Shown here one piece after another: positions 51,022 to 63,794 of a DNA stretch of 64,000 nucleotides. Source of the stretch: Penicillus capitatus. Its lineage: Eukaryota; Plantae; Chlorophyta. Position numbers and translations under genes: made by a program. A model generated the notes under the pieces. The model searched no databases. It saw only the letters and a list, made by a program, of their open reading frames with translations, and had not been told where the DNA came from. Position 1 is the first letter of the stretch. Every line of letters begins with the position of its first letter. The DNA lies in assembly GCA_965649825.1 (NCBI GenBank), contig OZ287710.1:124001-188000 (forward strand), written 5' to 3'.

Positions 51022-53961
51022 ATGGCAGCAGCAACAGACTTTTTGGCTTTTGGCTTTAAACACACTGACGGCCTCGACATTAAAACGCCACTCATGAAGT
51101 ATGTCACGGCCGTCTATGGCCAGGAACGCGCAGAAGATATCTCACATGATATCGACGAAGTCATGAGAAGGCGAAGTGAGGTTGCGAATATCGTCGGCGG
51201 AAAAGTGGAAGGGTCAAAAAAGGATGTCAAAGAAGTCTATGCCAGGTTGGTTTTGGAGCAGAATGGGAGACATTGCTTACCATTTGGTGTTCAGTTACTA
51301 TCGAGCCTTGTCGGTGATGGAGACCCGTTTTTCAATCAGTTCGGATTCGAGTCACGCACAGGTACCTTTCTACTGGATGTGCGCTTCGAATACCGGAAAG
51401 AAATGCACGCAATTAAATATCCATTTCGAAAAAGCGGCCGTGCTGTTCAACATTGCCATACACCTGTCGCAATTAGCTGCTCAGGGAGACAAGCAATCGC
51501 CGTCCGGATATAAGGCAGCCATGAGACAGTATCAAGTAAAGTGTAAGAAATGTGTGAGAAAGAGTGAGATATGACAAAATGCAGGAAGCGGCCACAGCAA
51601 TTGCTCAGACACATGAAGTGGCGTCGAAAGTTGACGACCCAAAACCAACAGACCTATCGACAGAGTTCTTAAACATGGTCGAGAAGTTGACTTTGGCACA
51701 AGGACAGGAATGCGTCTTCTGGATTGCACTGAATGATCAAAAAAGTCCTTTGCTCCTTGCTCGTATTGCAAAACAGGCTTCGATCCTCTATGCGGAGACA
51801 TTGGAGTACTTCTCCAACCCAGTTGTCCGCTCAGATCTGGACAAAGCATGGCAGGTATGACTTAAGTGTGCGGTGGAGGCGGTGAATGTCGAATACCGTG
51901 CATAGGACTTGGTGCAAAGCAAGAGTTGGTTGTTTGAGGCACTCTGCCAGCATCAGGCAGCAGAAGATGCTCGATTGAGACAAGATATCTCGACTGAAAT
52001 ATCGCGACTGACTCACTTGACGGAGTTGTTGCAAACACTGACAAGGATCGGGAAATTTACGTCACATTCTATACCGGAATACGTGAGACATCTGACAGCA
52101 ATAGTGACAGATCGTCTGCAAAAAGCCGAACAAGTACGCAGCAGCATCGCAGCTCTATTCAAGCAAAAGTCTATTGCGTAGGAGAATAATTCAGTCTATC
52201 TGCGAAAAGTGACACCCTTTGATCAATTGCAGAAAATTACTGGTGCCCAGCTCGTGCGGCCCAGTCCTTGCGCCTACCTAGACGCATCATCTGAACGTAT
52301 TTTCGCAGATGTCCTTCCCGCATCCATGTATCCCATCCTCTCTCCCTCTGCATGTGTCTGCTGAACTGACGTAACTGTGAACAGGATGAAGATTCTGAGA
52401 CGTTATGCTCAGTTGGTAGATGATCTCGTCCATCGCCAACAGACAAAGCTCGAAGGCACCGTCAATGAGGCACAACTCGAAGGGCTGCAGCGTCGACTAT
52501 CAGAACTGACGGATGCGGCAGCGGACAAAAGTTCAGTCTCAGTGCTGGAACCATTGAAAGGACGCTTGGAAGAGATTGAACAGTGCGGCGGATGGACGCA
52601 CATCGAAAAGGTCATGCTTCAGAAATCTTAAAGTGACTGCCAGCTGACGTCTCTCATACTCAGATGTTCGCGGAATTGGAGAAACTGAAGGCATCGGTTG
52701 CAGCAGATCTGGATAGTGTTGAGAAGGAACTAGATGAAGAAGCTGCAGAGGACGCTGAGTGTCGTGAACAGTACGGTGAGGAGTGGAAGGCCGCGATTTC
52801 TGCTAAACTGACAGGGGATCTGCGTAAAATCATTGCGTCCCATCGGTAGGTATCTTATTCTTCTGCTGAATACACTGGCGATATCGTTGCAGGGACGGAA
52901 TCGCACGTGGTGGTAAGAATGACCAAATGGTTCAGGAGAAATTGACAAGCAGCACTGAAAAGCTTGCCAAGCTTTCTGTTGCAAACTGTACGGAAGGCAT
53001 ACCAAAATTAGAACCGACCGCAAACAGACCCTCGGCTGATTTGCAGACCGTTCTCACAGATATCAAAAGTGAGGTCGGCGGTTCGCATTTCTTTAGCCAA
53101 AACACGGTTTCTAGATTCAATAGATCAGGCAAAGGCCATCTCAGATGAAGGTGTCAAACTGAAAGCGTCATTGGAAGACATGAAGAGCAAGGACGATATA
53201 TCGCCGAAGCTCGCAAAGATTGGAGAGGATGCTCATGAAGAGTTGCTCGAGACGGAAGTGATGAAATACGATGAGCTGATTCAGGCCATCGATCAGAATG
53301 TGAAAAAGCAAATGACATTGCGCGGAGACATCGACAGAGCATTCGATGACGTCCAACAGACATTCGATGACGTCCAACAGACATTCGACATAGCGGCATG
53401 GAAAGCGAAAGTCCATCAGTACTGCGAAGACGTCAAAGCAGATGTGAGTGAGCACATGGGTCATCCATCCATCACTGAACCACGCTCTGATGAATGACGT
53501 TTCTGCAGATCGATGCTTTCTTTGACATTCAAATGACTCTCGCTGGACGATTGCATTTCTACGAACAGATGAAGACGCAGCTCGGGGAGCTGAGAGATCA
53601 GACCAGAGATTTTGTTCTGCCTCGAAGAGTAGAACGAAAAGACCTCTTAGAGGTAACGCTGACCGATGCTGAGCTCTTCTATGTGTGATCTGAGCTGTGT
53701 TCAGACAATGAGGGGAAATGAAGAGTTGATGAAGACGACAGTGTCTACTGTATCATCTCCGACTTCTGTGGACAGTCCTTCTGCAGAGAGTCCTTCTTCC
53801 GCATGCAAACAAAACCAACCACCACGCATGACCCCGACGGCATTGCATGTCGCTGTAAGGACAGAGCATTTCTGTCAGCAGTCATTAAGGGATTCTGTCT
53901 TTAGATCTTGATCGGTGCCGTTGTGGTCTTCTTTCTTTTTAAACGGTTGACAGAGGAGTGA
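51022..53961 (+). CDS. BRO1: BRO1/ALIX-like ESCRT accessory protein (Bro1 + V domain), predicted C-terminal TM anchor
   Basis: YYRALSVMETRF, FEKAAVLFNIA, LTLAQGQEC, V-domain coiled coils, LAGRLHFYEQM. Last exon inferred (intron 53849-53904); unspliced stop at 53911. Confidence 0.88.
53340..53389 (+). repeat. Exact in-frame 21-bp tandem duplication in the BRO1 V domain (FDDVQQT x2)
   Basis: cattcgatgacgtccaacaga twice, followed by cattcgac. Confidence 0.95.
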
Positions 53962-54567
53962 TCCGTAGCATCAAGCGAATGCCCAAAGAAGCAAGTTTGC
54001 CCATTCTCCCAGTGGACTTCACTTAATAAAGAGCAGAATCTTTCTGCCAAGCTGGACAACAAGAGCATAACGAGATCACACTTCGTATGTTTTTTAGTGA
54101 TAATCGATGTCAAACTCCGCTGTTAAATGAATTAGAGCAATCGATCCTTGAACGGTTAGTTGCTTTATAGCATCTCGTGGATGGGCAGATTAGAGATCCT
54201 GATGATGATTCTTGAATGTCCATCTTTGGTTAAAAGCTGAGCAAAATGAGAGGGCCTACTAAAAATGAAGGAAGGAAGGCCCTTTTGTATTAAATTTGTT
54301 CGAAGTGAAATTGGCAGCGAATTGTATCTGCTCGACATGAAACTGTCTCTTGTGTGTTTGACTGACTTTATGTCACGCCGCGTCTAAACTTCAGCCGCCG
54401 CGATACATCAAACGGTCAAAGGTCACATCACACGCGTCTCATGTTTCCTCGTCGATCGACAAGGCATCATCACCAGCTGACTTCAAAGAGTGATCCGTTC
54501 AAACACGAGATGCACATGTCACATCACGTATGGTCATTCGTCTCCTGCGTTTTTTGAGGTTTTGGTC

Positions 54568-55049
54568 ATGCGAACGAGTCGCCTTCCCTCGCGGCTGACG
54601 GACAGCGCACGGTTCTGCTTATCTCGGCGACCGGTCCCTGTCACGTGTCCCCGTTTCCGGAGCGTTGGGCCAAGGCATCGGGAACGCATTTTCAGGAAAC
54701 GAACGCTCTTCATCACCTATACCTATCCTGAACCCGAAACGGAAAAAGAGAGATCACCTCTCGATTATCCACAGGCACGTGTCGTCTCCTTACACATCGA
54801 GGCGCTCTGACAACGTCCTCTGTTTAGGAATGGGTGACGCCAGAGCCAAGTCGCCGACCCGACATCTTCCCGGAATTTGAGAAACTCGAAACCCCATTGC
54901 CCAAACCGCTCCCCGGAGATCCAGAGCAGCCAGATGAAGAAGAAGAGATCGAAAAAGACAAAGAGAAGCCGAAGCCTGAACCGGAAGAGGATCCAGAGAA
55001 AGATCCCGAAAAAGAAACGGAGGAGGAACCTGAACTCCCGGACGCTTGA
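54568..55049 (+). CDS. Small plastid-targeted Pro/Glu-rich protein
   Basis: Transit-like MRTSRLPSRL...; a GC-AG intron (54775-54827) joins ERSPLDYPQ to EWVTPEPSRRPDIFPEFEKLETPLPKPLPGDPE plus an acidic tail. It recalls a conserved plant chloroplast protein that I cannot name reliably. Confidence 0.75.
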
Positions 55050-55140
55050 CAACACCATTATGACCCACCCCTGAGATCGACAGACGACGTCTCACTCTCA
55101 CAGGACGCGGACGCTCTCGCGCAACATATCTTAAAGAGTG

Positions 55141-55942
55141 TCATCGTTGCAAAGTGTGATGATTGAATCGTGGAGAGAGTAAGACGAAATTGTCTCTGGA
55201 CAACGATGACGCGTTATCGGACACTCTGCTTCGAGAGATTTTTCGGATCGTGATGCCATCGACGACGTTACTGACAGCAGCTGATAGTGGTGGGAGGTGT
55301 CCGTCACCGAACGACATGCACGACGCCCCATCGAAGTCACACTTTTTTCGCGGCGACAGGTACCCAGGTTCCCGCTGTTTCTTGTATAGAGCGCGGAGTG
55401 CATTCCTCTGCCGCAGTTCCTCTGTATCACGCTCTCTTACGCAACTTCCATCTCTGTGTACGTCGAGAAAGAGAGGCAGGCGGCGAGGCGACTGAATGGC
55501 GCCTGTCGTTTGGCGTGCATGAAGAGAGAACGGCATAGATCCTGCACGACACCCGTTCACAGCGTCCCACTCAACGAGCATGCTCGACCTTTCCTCCGCT
55601 CTCCTGTGTCGCCGTGCGTCTTCGCAGTCGTGCGATATGTCTTTGCCGCAGTAAGGATGTCAAATGCTTCGATGATGGCATCCGCAGGACTCTTGCCTGT
55701 CGAGAACACGCGATCCGGCCATGGATTATGCAGCTCTGTGCATAAGGTCATTGCAATGACGGATACCGATAGGTATCGAATGCCATGCCTCGGGGCAACC
55801 GTATCGTAAGCGGTTCGAATTGAAATGATCTCCAATGTGAATCAATCGCTTAGCCGAGCCGCCACAGACAGCTCTTTAGGTGACGTTCATGTTCAAGACA
55901 TACATGAGCATTCGGCAATGGCGATTCCACCATTGTCTGCAT
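55141..55942 (-). CDS. Hypothetical protein
   Basis: ORFs 55557-55835 and 55141-55581 join through a well-formed 47-nt GT-AG intron; 5' exon tentative; no recognisable domain. Confidence 0.4.
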
Positions 55943-56361
55943 GTTTGATAGTCGAAGTGTAGACAGCATACGAATCAAGGCACTAGGCAGATAGACAAAA
56001 AGGCGTATAAGACACATGTCACACCCTCTGATGTTTCCCCCGACTGAATAATAAGACAAGACAATCGAGAGTCGACAAAAACTCGATAGATTTATCATCT
56101 AATGCTGCATTCGGCCCACAAGTGACTTTCTTTGTGTCATTTCATGAAGAAGCAACTAATGAAAAACTCAGTTTCCGCCATGTCTAGCGCAAACGATTGA
56201 GATAATCTAATTGAAATGAAAAATAATCAAGCATAATAAACTCGAATAAGATGCTTCGATGCTAGTATACAGGATAATATAAGTCATTGTCGAACAATTG
56301 GTGCTATCGGTCGGGTAAAACAGTGTCTTATTGATGTCATTGAGTTATTGCGTGCCCTCTC

Positions 56362-58001
56362 TCAATTCATCCACCACCTGTTTTCCCTATGCACAGTGAT
56401 GCCCCTTTCACGGAGCAGTGAACATTGCTCTCCAGAAACACTCGTATCGTTCAAGGCAATTCTACGGAGGCAGCGCATCGACAGCATCCTCTGTACAGAT
56501 GCGTCAGAGATTCGATAACAATGTCCAAAATCGAGATCGTCGAGGTGGGTTAATCCAGAGCTTGCGATATCGACAGCTCTGTCTGTGAGACGATAACATC
56601 CACGAAGGGAGAGGGTCTTGAGATAGGCTGTACCAGATGCAAGCCCTTCCAGTCCATAATCTGTTACTTGCTCACAATAAGCGAGAGAGAGCCAATGAAG
56701 GAGTTTCAAATGCGCCAACTGATGGAGTCCAAGATCGGAGATGAGTCTGTGACAACCGGCAACGTTCAAGATTCTCAATTGCCTTGCCACCTTGCTGATG
56801 CCAAAGAGACCCAGATCCGAAATCTGACGGCAGTACGAGACATCTAAACTGGTGAGATGGGGACATTGATCCAGGCTGAAGAGTACGGTATCATTGACAT
56901 GACAGCAATGCGAAATGCTCAGATGTTTCAACAGCTTGAATCTCTGGACCATTTGGCAGAGCAATCGATTGGAGACCTTGCTGAAAGACAAACTCAAAGA
57001 GTGCAGTTTGGTGAGATGTAGGAGATGGCGCAGTCCACGATCCGTGATGCCATTCACGTTCTGCCCCATCAGTAGATGAAAGGGATTGGGAACAGAGATA
57101 TCCAAACTCACCAAATCCGTCAATCTCGATACCTCTTCAATACCGCTAGGCACCCATCCACGAATATAGAGATGTATTCATGCTCAGGGGGGAAGACCTA
57201 CTTGTCAGTCAATCGATAGTGCCCTCCAAGATTGAGGTTTTCCAATTCTCCCAGCGAAGCCAAGAGGCCAAGACTGTCATCGTTGAAGGTGGTCACCGAA
57301 GGGCAGTGCACGATATTGACATCCAGTGTTTTCAATCGGTTCATTCTGGCCAATTCGTGTGCGACAACATTTGGATTGGCAACAGCACTGACGCGTAGAA
57401 TGAGGTGTTCCAATTGGATCAGCGTCGACACGCCCCTGAGATTCAAACAGCTTCCCCCCGCCATGTGCTCGATACGTAAGGTCCTCAATTTCACCAAGCC
57501 CTGGAGGATCTGCGCAAGCGTGGGTTCACGAATGTCCACGGCGCAACGCGTGAGCATCAGTGTTTGGAGATTGGGTAGATTCTGTATTCCTGACTGCGCT
57601 TCGAAACGGCATCCGTCTATGACGAGGACCCGCAGATTACGGCACGTTTCCAGAACAGACAGGTCCAGATAGGGGAACTCCAGGACACCACGTGTATTGC
57701 AGAGTTCGAGTCTCTTCAGTTGATGTAGGGCGCCGACTCTGTGAAGGTGTTCAAGTTCGGGGTGCTGGCCACGAAACACGACCTTAACCTCTTTTAAGGC
57801 AGGGAACAGGTCCACGAGCTCGGCAAACGGAAACGTGTGCGATAAGTTGTACTGTATACAGTGCAGGAGCTTTTGCGTTTTGGATTTCCATGAGGAACAG
57901 ACGCCACGGACCCATGCGACGTCAGGACTGTCGAGTTCGTTAAGGATGGACGCAAAGAGGTCGTCCAGCAAATCGCCCCACGGAATCTCTAGAGCCTCCA
58001 T
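56362..58001 (-). CDS. F-box/LRR-repeat protein (AMN1-type LRRs)
   Basis: WGDLLDDLFASIL..VRGVCSSWK F-box; repeated LxxLxLxxCxxIT/SDxGL units. Confidence 0.9.
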
Positions 58002-58101
58002 GGAACACAACCCTCGCGTCAAAGGCAAATAGAGAACAGCTGTTCGGTGTGGTTCAAAGACCGTTTATGATGATGTCACGTATATACCTCATTCACAAAT
58101 C

Positions 58102-59673
58102 ATGAACTGCCAGGAATCTAAACGCGTTCAGCGCTTGTTGGAAGAGGCGATCGAGGGACTCAGGTTTGAAGAGATCCTGTAGAGCAATGCTGTCGTGACA
58201 GTTGCGCGATGACGCAGATTGCTCAGTCATGCGACGCCGGAATGGCTGACAGCATCTCCAGAGATCGAATATGAAGTCGTGGATGTCATGCTGTTTGCCA
58301 TACAGCAAATGCGATGTGGATAATGTAGCCTCTGGCGAAGATACTGTCAACATACCGGAAGCATTACTCGCAAAATGACTCGAAGGCGATGATCGAATCG
58401 ACCCTCGATCTCTGGCGTTTGCTTCAGGTGCCGTGCCGTTCTCTACGATTGTGTGTCTTGAACATGTGTATGGATTTGCTCAGCGAGATTCGGAAGCGTC
58501 GGAAGTGTTCCATCAGACAGCCGATGATGCATCGGCCGAAATGCTCGAGATCATGCCTCTCTTCGAAAGGGCACGCACGGCAAGGAATGGCGTTGTTGTC
58601 ATGACTGCTATCTGCACATAGCTCGTGCACTATGTCAAGCAACAGTTATCTGTGACGGTTGAAGAAGATCGAGCGAATGCCGCGAACTTTGCCATCATCA
58701 AGCAACGCGAAGAAGAAGTCTTCGACATCTTTGCATTCTATTTCCTTCCCGAATCGCGTTATCAGGCCATTTCGGAACAAGAGAAGCTCGAACAGGTGTT
58801 GAAGATGAACCGAATTGAAAGAGAGAAGAAGATGCGTGAGATTCAGCACCACGAGAATTCCATTCGGATCTCTGTCGAGTCGGTTCAGGTCTGCCTTATG
58901 TCATCCATCGCTGGGCACTAGACACCGTTATGCATGACAGAAAGAGTTTGAGGATGGTCAGACGGCACGAACAGTAGCCGCTTCAGAGAAACGCACAGCA
59001 GATCATGAGAAATATCGTTCGGCTGTGACAGAGAAGAAAGCACAAGTGAGCAAAAGAGATCTCTTAAGATGACGAACAGATCGTTGATACCGACTGTGTT
59101 TCAAGCTGCATCAACTTGAGGACGCTCTTCAGATGCTCCAGAGCCAAAACGAAGAAGAGATTGCGGCGCTGAGGACAAAGAAGAAGCAATGTGTAGAAGA
59201 TATAGAGGCCGTGCTGCATCAGATGGACAACGAAATGGCCATCCTCTGTCAGAAAGAATCTGAAGTGATGCACATTGTCAGAGACCTCCGAGCCAAAATC
59301 GATGTCCACCTCAACCGTCACCATCAGCTATTGTTAAGTCTGTTGTTTTAGGATTGCGATGAAGAATTGCAAGGCCTTGTTAAACAAAGAACGGACGCCG
59401 AGATGGCAAAACAGCAAGAACTCGAAGCAAAGAGAGAGGCATGTGCTTGTGATACAGGGACAGATGGAACGATGTTTGCTGTGTAGCGAGAGAGACGTGA
59501 GCGAATACGTCAGAAGGCAGCCGTACTGATCCAGACCATCTGGAGAGCACACATGGCAAGTTTTATGATCTGCAGTGTGCAGTAAGGATTTCTCAATTTC
59601 GTGCTTACAGCGAAAAAAGACGATGAACAATAAACCAAAGCCGAAGGGCAAGTCAAAGAAGTCAAAGAAATGA
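58102..59673 (+). CDS. DRC10: Dynein regulatory complex subunit 10 (IQCD-like)
   Basis: Spliced coiled-coil protein: LSVTVEED, EIAALRTKKKQCVEDIE..QMDNEM, IQ motif AAVLIQTIWRAH, Lys-rich tail KPKGKSKKSKK*. Confidence 0.8.
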
Positions 59674-59713
59674 CGCATCGGCCGGCCACTCTCTTTGAGG
59701 CACTCTCTGCGAC

Positions 59714-60076
59714 TCAGCCTTGTGTCACAAAGTAGCCAGATGTGCCTAACATGAGCAGCACGGTGGCTCCCTATGTACGTACAGTATGTCAAGCGCTGTT
59801 GCTCATCTTGTTTGTCCCCTGACCTGGGCAGCGACACGAAGTCGCATCATCCGTTGTGAGAGGGCAGAGTTGCCCTACGCGATACACAATGAGCAAGGAT
59901 GCTTAGAGGACACGAATCGTGTACCCTGTAGAAACTGACGATACCCACGGCGAGAACACCGACGGTCACCGCTCCCCCTGTTCACTCACGTTGCATCGGG
60001 GCACGAGGTGGAGATCTCACGTGCCGACGAGAACGATCGGATTTCGTTTCCTTCGAGGAATAACGTCGTCGTCCAT
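59714..60076 (-). CDS. HIG1-domain (Rcf1/HIGD) mitochondrial membrane protein, ~70 aa
   Basis: Three introns give MDDDVIPRRKRNPIVLVGGAVTVGVLAVGIVSFYRGNSALSQRMMRLRVAAQGATVLLMLGTSGYFVTQG*, with the HIG1 QRMMRxRVxAQGxTV motif. Absent from the ORF track. Confidence 0.9.
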
Positions 60077-60141
60077 TATGCACAATTCTTTATTCTCTCG
60101 GCAATGCAGATGATAAATCGATGCCGTGTGACAGTGACATA

Positions 60142-62047
60142 TCAACAGATCACTTCGATCATTTGCAACGGAGTGTCTTCGAGGCCAACGATGTTCATAC
60201 CCTCTTGACGAAGCTGAGTGAGTTTCTGTAGGAGAGAAGGCGTTATGCGTTCTCCTGGAACGATCAGAGGTATCCCTGGTGGATACGTCGTGATCATGAC
60301 CCCACAAATCCTCCCCAGACTGTCTTCCAATGCAACGCTATACCATCCGTCTGCAGAATGAGGGACTTCGATGCAGACGCACTTTTCTGTTTGGGAAGCT
60401 ATCGCCTGAGATGGCGTCAGGTGCATAGGAGGGATGATCACATCGTGTGGTTCGGGCTGATGGGATGGATGTGAATGATGGATGTGACGTTCTGCAAAGA
60501 CCATGTCTTCAAGCGTCACAAGGCAGAAGAATCACCCGAAATCTTCTGCATGGCATGGATGAGACGTTCGGCATCCTCCGTGACAGAACCTGGTCCAAAG
60601 ATGAAGACGATGACCTTCAGGGCAGCAGTGTCACGCGTGAGATGCAGAGGCGGTGACACACATCTGTGGTGGTCATTTCTGCGACAATGCCAAATTCAGT
60701 ATCGAGTTTTGCTGCCGCGGTGGGCGCATCGATGTTCCAGTTCAGTAGACGGATAGCAATGCGAAGGGGATCGAATGTCAAGACTGTGTCCCTGACAGGA
60801 CTGTCCGATACCAAAGAGATGCTTTCAATGTCCCTGAGTTTCTTCGTTGCTAGCTAAACGCAAGGAAGCTGGCGAAATGAAGAAAGAACAGGCGAAGCAC
60901 CCACCTGCGCGGCCTGCACTGCCTCCTCGAATGTCCCGTTCTCTGTTGCGTGGAGGGCAGCTGCCTCGAGTGAAGCCATCAGAAGATAACTGGGACTCGA
61001 TGACTATGGCAAGCATGTTTTTGGGTGTCTGTATCGTGTATCTTTACCTGAAGGATTCTCAGCCATTTCGAGATGCTGTGAGCGGAGATGTGATCCGAAC
61101 GGATGTGCAGCATGGAGGATTGCGTCAACGATGTCAAGACTTTGTGTGTGGACTGTATGACGACGTCGGCTCCACAGGAAAGAGCATCTGGTGGAAAAGC
61201 AGAATGGAATTTGAAGTGGGCTCCGTGTGCGTCATCTACGATCAGAGGAACGCCAAAATCATGACAGACATCCGCAACCCCTATACAGAACATCTGAGAA
61301 TCGAGACAACGATTGTATCAGTCATGTGCCCTTAACGTCTGAGACAGCACCAAAGTAGGTCGGGGATACAATGAAGACCGCTCCGATATGCTCTTTTTGA
61401 TCTCTGAGTGCACAGAGTCGTCTACGCACGTCCATAGGGTCCACTCTATGACAGATGCCGTTCGAAGGATCAAACTCAGGAATCAAGTATTCGGGTCGGC
61501 ATCCTGTATCGTATAGCTCTCACACAACCGTTTTGCAAACGTGGATACAATGCCTGCCAGCTGTAGCGCATGATAGGCGGATTGGTGAGCATTGCGAGCC
61601 ATCAGACAGATGGATCCAGGTGGACAGAGGCCGAGAAAGGATGCATGAATGCCCACAGTTGTGCCGTTGATGAGATAGAATGATACATCGGCACCAAAAA
61701 TCTCCGCCGCCATTTTCTGAGATGCCGCCAAGACATCTCTCGGACAGGCGAGATTATCCAGACCTGATCAGAACTTCATCAGCCGACAGCAATTGGCAAT
61801 GGCATGCCTTCCAGTTCGGTGTAGTCCAGCTTCAGGGCAGCTTCGCCTAGCAGCCGCCGGAAACTTTCAAGTACAGAACGGCCCATCTACAGCAGATCAG
61901 CCAGCAACCACCATCTGGCAGTTGTCGCCCTGCCTGAAGACAGACTTTATGTCCAGGAACGTGAAGGGACACATTTCTATGTCGTTTTACTCTTTGCTGC
62001 AGAGCTCTTAGCAATGGCCCCTGTTGGCTGCACAAATGCAAGGACAT
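60142..62047 (-). CDS. Bacterial-type (fold-type I PLP) Orn/Lys/Arg decarboxylase
   Basis: SLHVPGHK, DYTELE|GLDNL, FYLINGTT, RNAHQS, VDDAHGAH, GADVVIQSTHK (PLP Lys), FDPLRI, ITTYPPGIPLIVPGERI. Confidence 0.93.
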
Positions 62048-62053
62048 GAATTG

Positions 62054-63677
62054 ATGATGCGTTCTGTCTTAATGTCGTGCGTTATTTGCAGAGCGCCACA
62101 GATTTTTACCTTTCCGTCGCGCATTGCTGCCGACAGAAGATGGATCCACACGAAAACGCGACGCAAAACGCCTTCTCGGGATCACTCATATCCACTCCTG
62201 CATGCCAAAGACACAGAAACTCCTGCATCAACAGGTTGCCTCTCACTCTTTTCTTCTTCAAAATTTGTGTGATCTGAAGCTGTGGCCAAATTTGACGACC
62301 AGAGAAAGGAACTCAAGTGGGTGGACACCGAAGATGCCACGAAATCTCACGGAATGCTCTTTGCTGCACTTCTCTTGGGCACTTTTCCCACCATCTACCG
62401 ATTTCCGTTGAGCCAAGTGCCTTATTTCCTCGCCCTAGCTTCACTGTCTATCTACATCGGCTCACATCGCAGTCTCAATGCGACGCGTCTCGAACAGGTG
62501 ACCTTCAAGCAGGTGAGGAGATTGCTCATCTGGCAAACAGATCTCAAACGCTGTGTATCTGCAGAGTCTGTTCGTTCCTCTTATCTCTTCGTGTTTTCTC
62601 TTCGGATTCTATCTCTTGACAAAGTACTTTCCTGAATTCCGCATCCAGACCTTCATCGATATCCAGTTCGGTCTGATCGGTACCATCGCTGTCGGCCATC
62701 TGATCTCGCCGTTTCTCAAACGCATTCCTCTCTTGCCATCTCGCGCGATCCCTCTGCCAGAATGGCTCGTGCAGAAAGAGGACACAGATCTAGTTCACAT
62801 CACGACTGCTGATATCCTCGGTGCCGTTATTGGAGTGGCCTGTGTCCTCGTGGATGTCTCGACGGGACATCATTTGCATACGCTTAACAATCTCCTAGCC
62901 TGCAGTCTTGCCATCGAAGTGATGCAGGTCGCCTCTCTTCTTAAGCGATGCCTGCTTAAGTATCGTTTTTATCAGGGTGTCAGCATCAAGAGCTTCAAGG
63001 CAGCTTCGACACTGCTCGTGGGTTTGCTCATCTACGATGTCTTCTGGGTGTTTTCAAGCCCAAGTGTCATCGGCGAGAATGTGATGCTGAAAGTGGCCAC
63101 TTCGAATTCGCTCGAGGGACCACTGAAACTCATACTGCCAAACGGAAATGCAAGTGGAGAGTTTCCTTTCTCGGTACTGGGCCTTGGAGATATCGCTGTC
63201 CCTGGTTTTCTGGCAGCACTCCTGCTCAGATTTGACATCTTCCGAGGCGGCGGCGGCCTATCAAGGGATGCATCCATCTCAGATTCGGCATCTCAGGATG
63301 ACAACACTAGAAGCTCTCAGACTGTGGAGTCCATGCCCTTGCATCTATCAGATGCGAAAGCATCGACTGTGGAGGAAGGAGATAGCGATTCAGCTGTTCC
63401 TGAGAGGGAGCGTTCCGATGGTGATGTGACTGCTGGCTCAAAGACATACTTCTTGCCCGTATTAGCTGCCTATCTGATCGGACTGCTGTCAGCATCAGGA
63501 GCCAATGCCATCACACATCAGGGCCAGCCAGCGCTGCTCTATATCGTTCCCTGTATGTTGTTGACAGCATCGAGCGTTGCCTTGATGCGTGGAGAATTCT
63601 GGAATCGACTTCTTGCTTACAACGATCCTACGTCGGACACTTTACAGGGAACTCAGTACAGAGACAACAGCAATTGA
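62054..63677 (+). CDS. Signal peptide peptidase family (A22B) intramembrane aspartyl protease
   Basis: LLIYDVFWVF (YD), LGLGDIAVPG (GxGD), QPALLY (PAL); N-terminal ~60 aa Arg/Ser/Thr-rich extension. Start 62054 or 62072. Confidence 0.92.
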
Positions 63678-63794
63678 GGGTATTGTGGAACAATAGAACA
63701 ATGTATCTGTCGTAGATGCATTAGAGAAAGAATGCTAAATAGCCTTTACGTCGCAGATCACACTTTACCCACCACCACGAAATCAAATCTGACC

